A stretch of DNA of 63,520 nucleotides, the filler included, from Hyphochytrium catenoides (taxonomy: Eukaryota > Protista > Hyphochytriomycota): the NCBI GenBank assembly GCA_900088475.1. It is 16 parts of 16 records of this genome, joined end to end, with 100 filler letters (N's around TTAATTAATTAA, not from the genome) between each part and the next. Parts side by side here need not be neighbours in the genome. Positions count along the whole stretch, not along the records: positions 61,189 to 62,243 come from FLMG01004438.1; positions 62,344 to 63,520 come from FLMG01001951.1; 14 more parts are not named here. The stretch is one strand, 5' to 3'. The notes below the pieces were generated by a model, which saw only the letters and a list, made by a program, of their open reading frames with translations, was not told where the DNA came from and ran no database searches. This document shows positions 61,200 through 63,520 of this stretch, piece after piece (positions within the stretch are counted from its first letter, which is position 1; every line of letters starts with the position of its first letter). The position numbers and the translations under genes were made by a program.

Positions 61200-62200
61200 G
61201 TGAGTCCAACGAGATGAACCTACCCTTCTTCTTGGGCAATGCATCGAACACCTCTGCAATGGACGGCTTTGAGTGAAAAGCGTGTACCGTTTATCTCTTT
61301 GAGGCGTCTAATGAGAGCGACAGCGTGAATTAGCGCGCGATGAAGGTCTTTTTCCTTTTTAGTGCGCAGGTTTGCCCTTGGCTGTCTTCTATCCACTGTC
61401 TTTCGCCGGGAGCTCGAGACCCATATTTCTGGGATTCTTCCATTTGCAAACAGGTCATCCTCACCATGGGGGAGATGACCATGAAGAACACCTTTTATAT
61501 GAGCTTGTCGAAGGGCTAGTCCCGCTTGGGTATGAGATGCTTTCACAGCGTCATACCGAGCCTTTGGAATTTGGTGGAGGGATTTATTCTGAAAGCCTTC
61601 GACATTTTTAAGGGTGCGAATGGCGACCTCCACCGTAGCAGTAGACTGTCGTGACCGACCCTTGATGGCCGGCACTGCAAAAGAGTAAAATATCATATTT
61701 TTCCACCACTGCGTAGCCATATAGTCGTGAAGTCTGGGGCAGTAAAGCGGATTTGGGACGGCCTGGGGGTCTATTCGCTCGAGGTTCAGCTCGTAAGATA
61801 GACTGAAGCTCAATTGTCGAAAGTATATACGCATTTTCTTGCGCTTGCGCTTGAGCTCGGCTCTCACTCTCATGATTTCTTTGCCTCTCCAGCGAATAGT
61901 TGTGAGATAAGTCCCGCTAGAGCCCCGGCTGATTCCAGAGTTTGATGCTTCTCCTAGAGGATAAAACGTATCTTTCCTCTTCACAGTCATCCTCGTCACT
62001 GCTTTCTTCCTCCTCATCACTGTACGCTACCGATGCGTCTTCGATGTCTTCTTCACTTAATCGTGACACCTTCGTTGATGTCGTCGCGCTGGCTTTAGTG
62101 GAATCATCGGTACTTTCCTCTCCCTCCTCGCTGGCTACTTCCATCTCACTGTCCTCGAAAAGCTCCCAAAGATCACTATCCTCATCCAAATCTATTCTAA
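61200..62200 (-). mobile_element. NOF/Rehavkus-like (MULE/MuDR) transposase C-terminal fragment, frameshifted
   Basis: An acidic insert, then NPLYCPRLHDYMATQWW...S...RQSTATVEVAIRTLK...EIW..RRK, resembling the N-P-x-Y-C-P...W...T-x-A-x-V-E-x3-4-K segment around the third catalytic residue (recalled pattern). Confidence 0.5.
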
Positions 62201-62343
62201 CATTTTGATGTGTGAGGTCGAAGGACTCTTGACAGAGTATTACNNNNNNNNNNNNNNNNNNNNNNNNNNNNNNNNNNNNNNNNNNNNTTAATTAATTAAN
62301 NNNNNNNNNNNNNNNNNNNNNNNNNNNNNNNNNNNNNNNNNNN

Positions 62344-63520
62344 TCGCAGCATCGTCGACGGCTTTAAAGCATACGCAAGTAGTGAACCAAAGACGGGTAG
62401 ATGACCAACATCAGGCGGCTTGCCGTACCACTTTTCGTAGGGGTAGAGCCATCGAGTGAAGCAGTAGGACAGCGATTGATCACATGAACTGCGGAGGCCA
62501 ATGCATCTGCCCAAAAAAACGAGATAGGTCAGTAGCAATCAGAAGGCATTTCGTCGCCTGCATGACAGTTCTCATCCAGCGTTCACAACAGCCGTTGCTA
62601 GAGGGGGAATAAGCAGGTGTAGGAGAGTGCAGGATGCCGCGGCGAGAGCACACTCTGCGTGTAGCACTGCTAACGAACTCTCTCCCGCGATCGGAGCTTA
62701 TCTCTTTCACGCGCTCACCCGTCTGGTTCTCCAGGAAAAGAATGAGCTCCTCCAACTTAGCTTCTCCTTCTCCTTTGCTCCGAAGAAATTGCACAGAGCA
62801 CCTCCGAGAGTGATCATCCACCACGAGCAGAAATTGTACATAGCTTTGATAGCTACGAGTATTGACAATGCCAACGTCGGCGTGCAGAAGTTCCAGCAGT
62901 CTTGTTGTCTTACGGGGCTGAGCATGGTAAGGCTTACGAGTTAGCTTCGCAAGAATGCAGGTCTCACAAAGACAGAGCTGCTGAGAAGCTCTATCAAGGG
63001 CTATACCGGAAGCCTGCAGGGCTAGTCTGCGAATACCTGTGTGGCTAAAATGATTAAGCCGTTTGTGCCACAGGGTGATAGGCTCTTGCTTGCTCGTAGC
63101 TGCGGCTAGTCTTGGAATAGAAGAGTCACTTTGGCCCCGTGCATCGTCAGTGTCCGAGGAGTACTAAACGGCTCCATTGGTCAAAGCAATACGTCTCACT
63201 TGTTCTTGTGAGGTTAACTTTGCAATGTCCTTGACCACTGAAGGACTGAGAGTCTAAGCTCNNNNNNNNNNNNNNNNNNNNNNNNNNNNCGATCTCCAGT
63301 AATGTGACTGGAGCATCCGCTGTCTAGCAGCCATTTGTGGCTGCTCTGAACGGCTTTCGCCTTCAATGCGGCCTGCTGGATAGAAGCTAGGGTAAGGGAT
63401 TCACGGGAGTCGACAGAAGACTTTCTATACTGATTGGCTAATCCCAATTCATTAGTTTGAGCTCCTCCGGCTTCCAGCCTGATGGCCTGCGCGCAGCATT
63501 CTCTGGAAGCTCGAAGCAGT
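62344..63520 (-). mobile_element. Ty1/Copia LTR-retrotransposon pol fragment (protease, GAG-pre-integrase, integrase), degenerate
   Basis: WLLDSGCSSHITGD; LWHKRLNH...CETCILAK; VDDHSR, SDRGREF, TPAYSPSSNGCCER; PYEKWYGKPPDVGHLPVFGS. PR-before-INT order; frameshifts present. Confidence 0.93.

Noticed and set aside
1841-62299. Regularly recurring TTAATTAATTAA as a CRISPR-like or biological repeat
   Set aside because: Always centred in N44 padding; an assembly linker.
1-63520. tRNA, rRNA or CRISPR arrays
   Set aside because: None recognised by eye; tRNAscan-SE or Infernal would be needed to exclude small RNAs.

Overview
Eukaryotic draft-assembly window, probably a stramenopile or similar protist (inferred from gene content and CT/GA-microsatellite-filled introns). 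It is not contiguous DNA: 15 artificial 100-nt spacers (N44-TTAATTAATTAA-N44) join 16 short contigs, so adjacency across spacers has no biological meaning. The largest contig (31895-51062) carries five spliced genes: a 5'-nucleotidase, a calcineurin-B-like EF-hand protein, an unusual tandem GT49-GT49 glycosyltransferase with a C-terminal PL14-lyase-like domain, a cardiolipin synthase, and the 3' half of a membrane-anchored GH38 alpha-mannosidase. Other contigs hold a methionyl-tRNA formyltransferase, an intronless HAD-fold protein, two convergent intronless secreted proteins with RXL/RxLR-like motifs, and a >1100-aa intronless 34/68-aa repeat protein resembling viral fibre repeats. There is also a zinc-finger/coiled-coil/Ulp1-protease gene facing decayed paralogues, a fossil tetrapeptide-repeat region, and mobile-element debris (several CRE-clade non-LTR fragments, Ty1/Copia pol, a NOF/Rehavkus-like MULE transposase fragment). 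Most short ORFs in the track are microsatellite or antisense artefacts. Family assignments come from motif recognition by eye; no searches were run.
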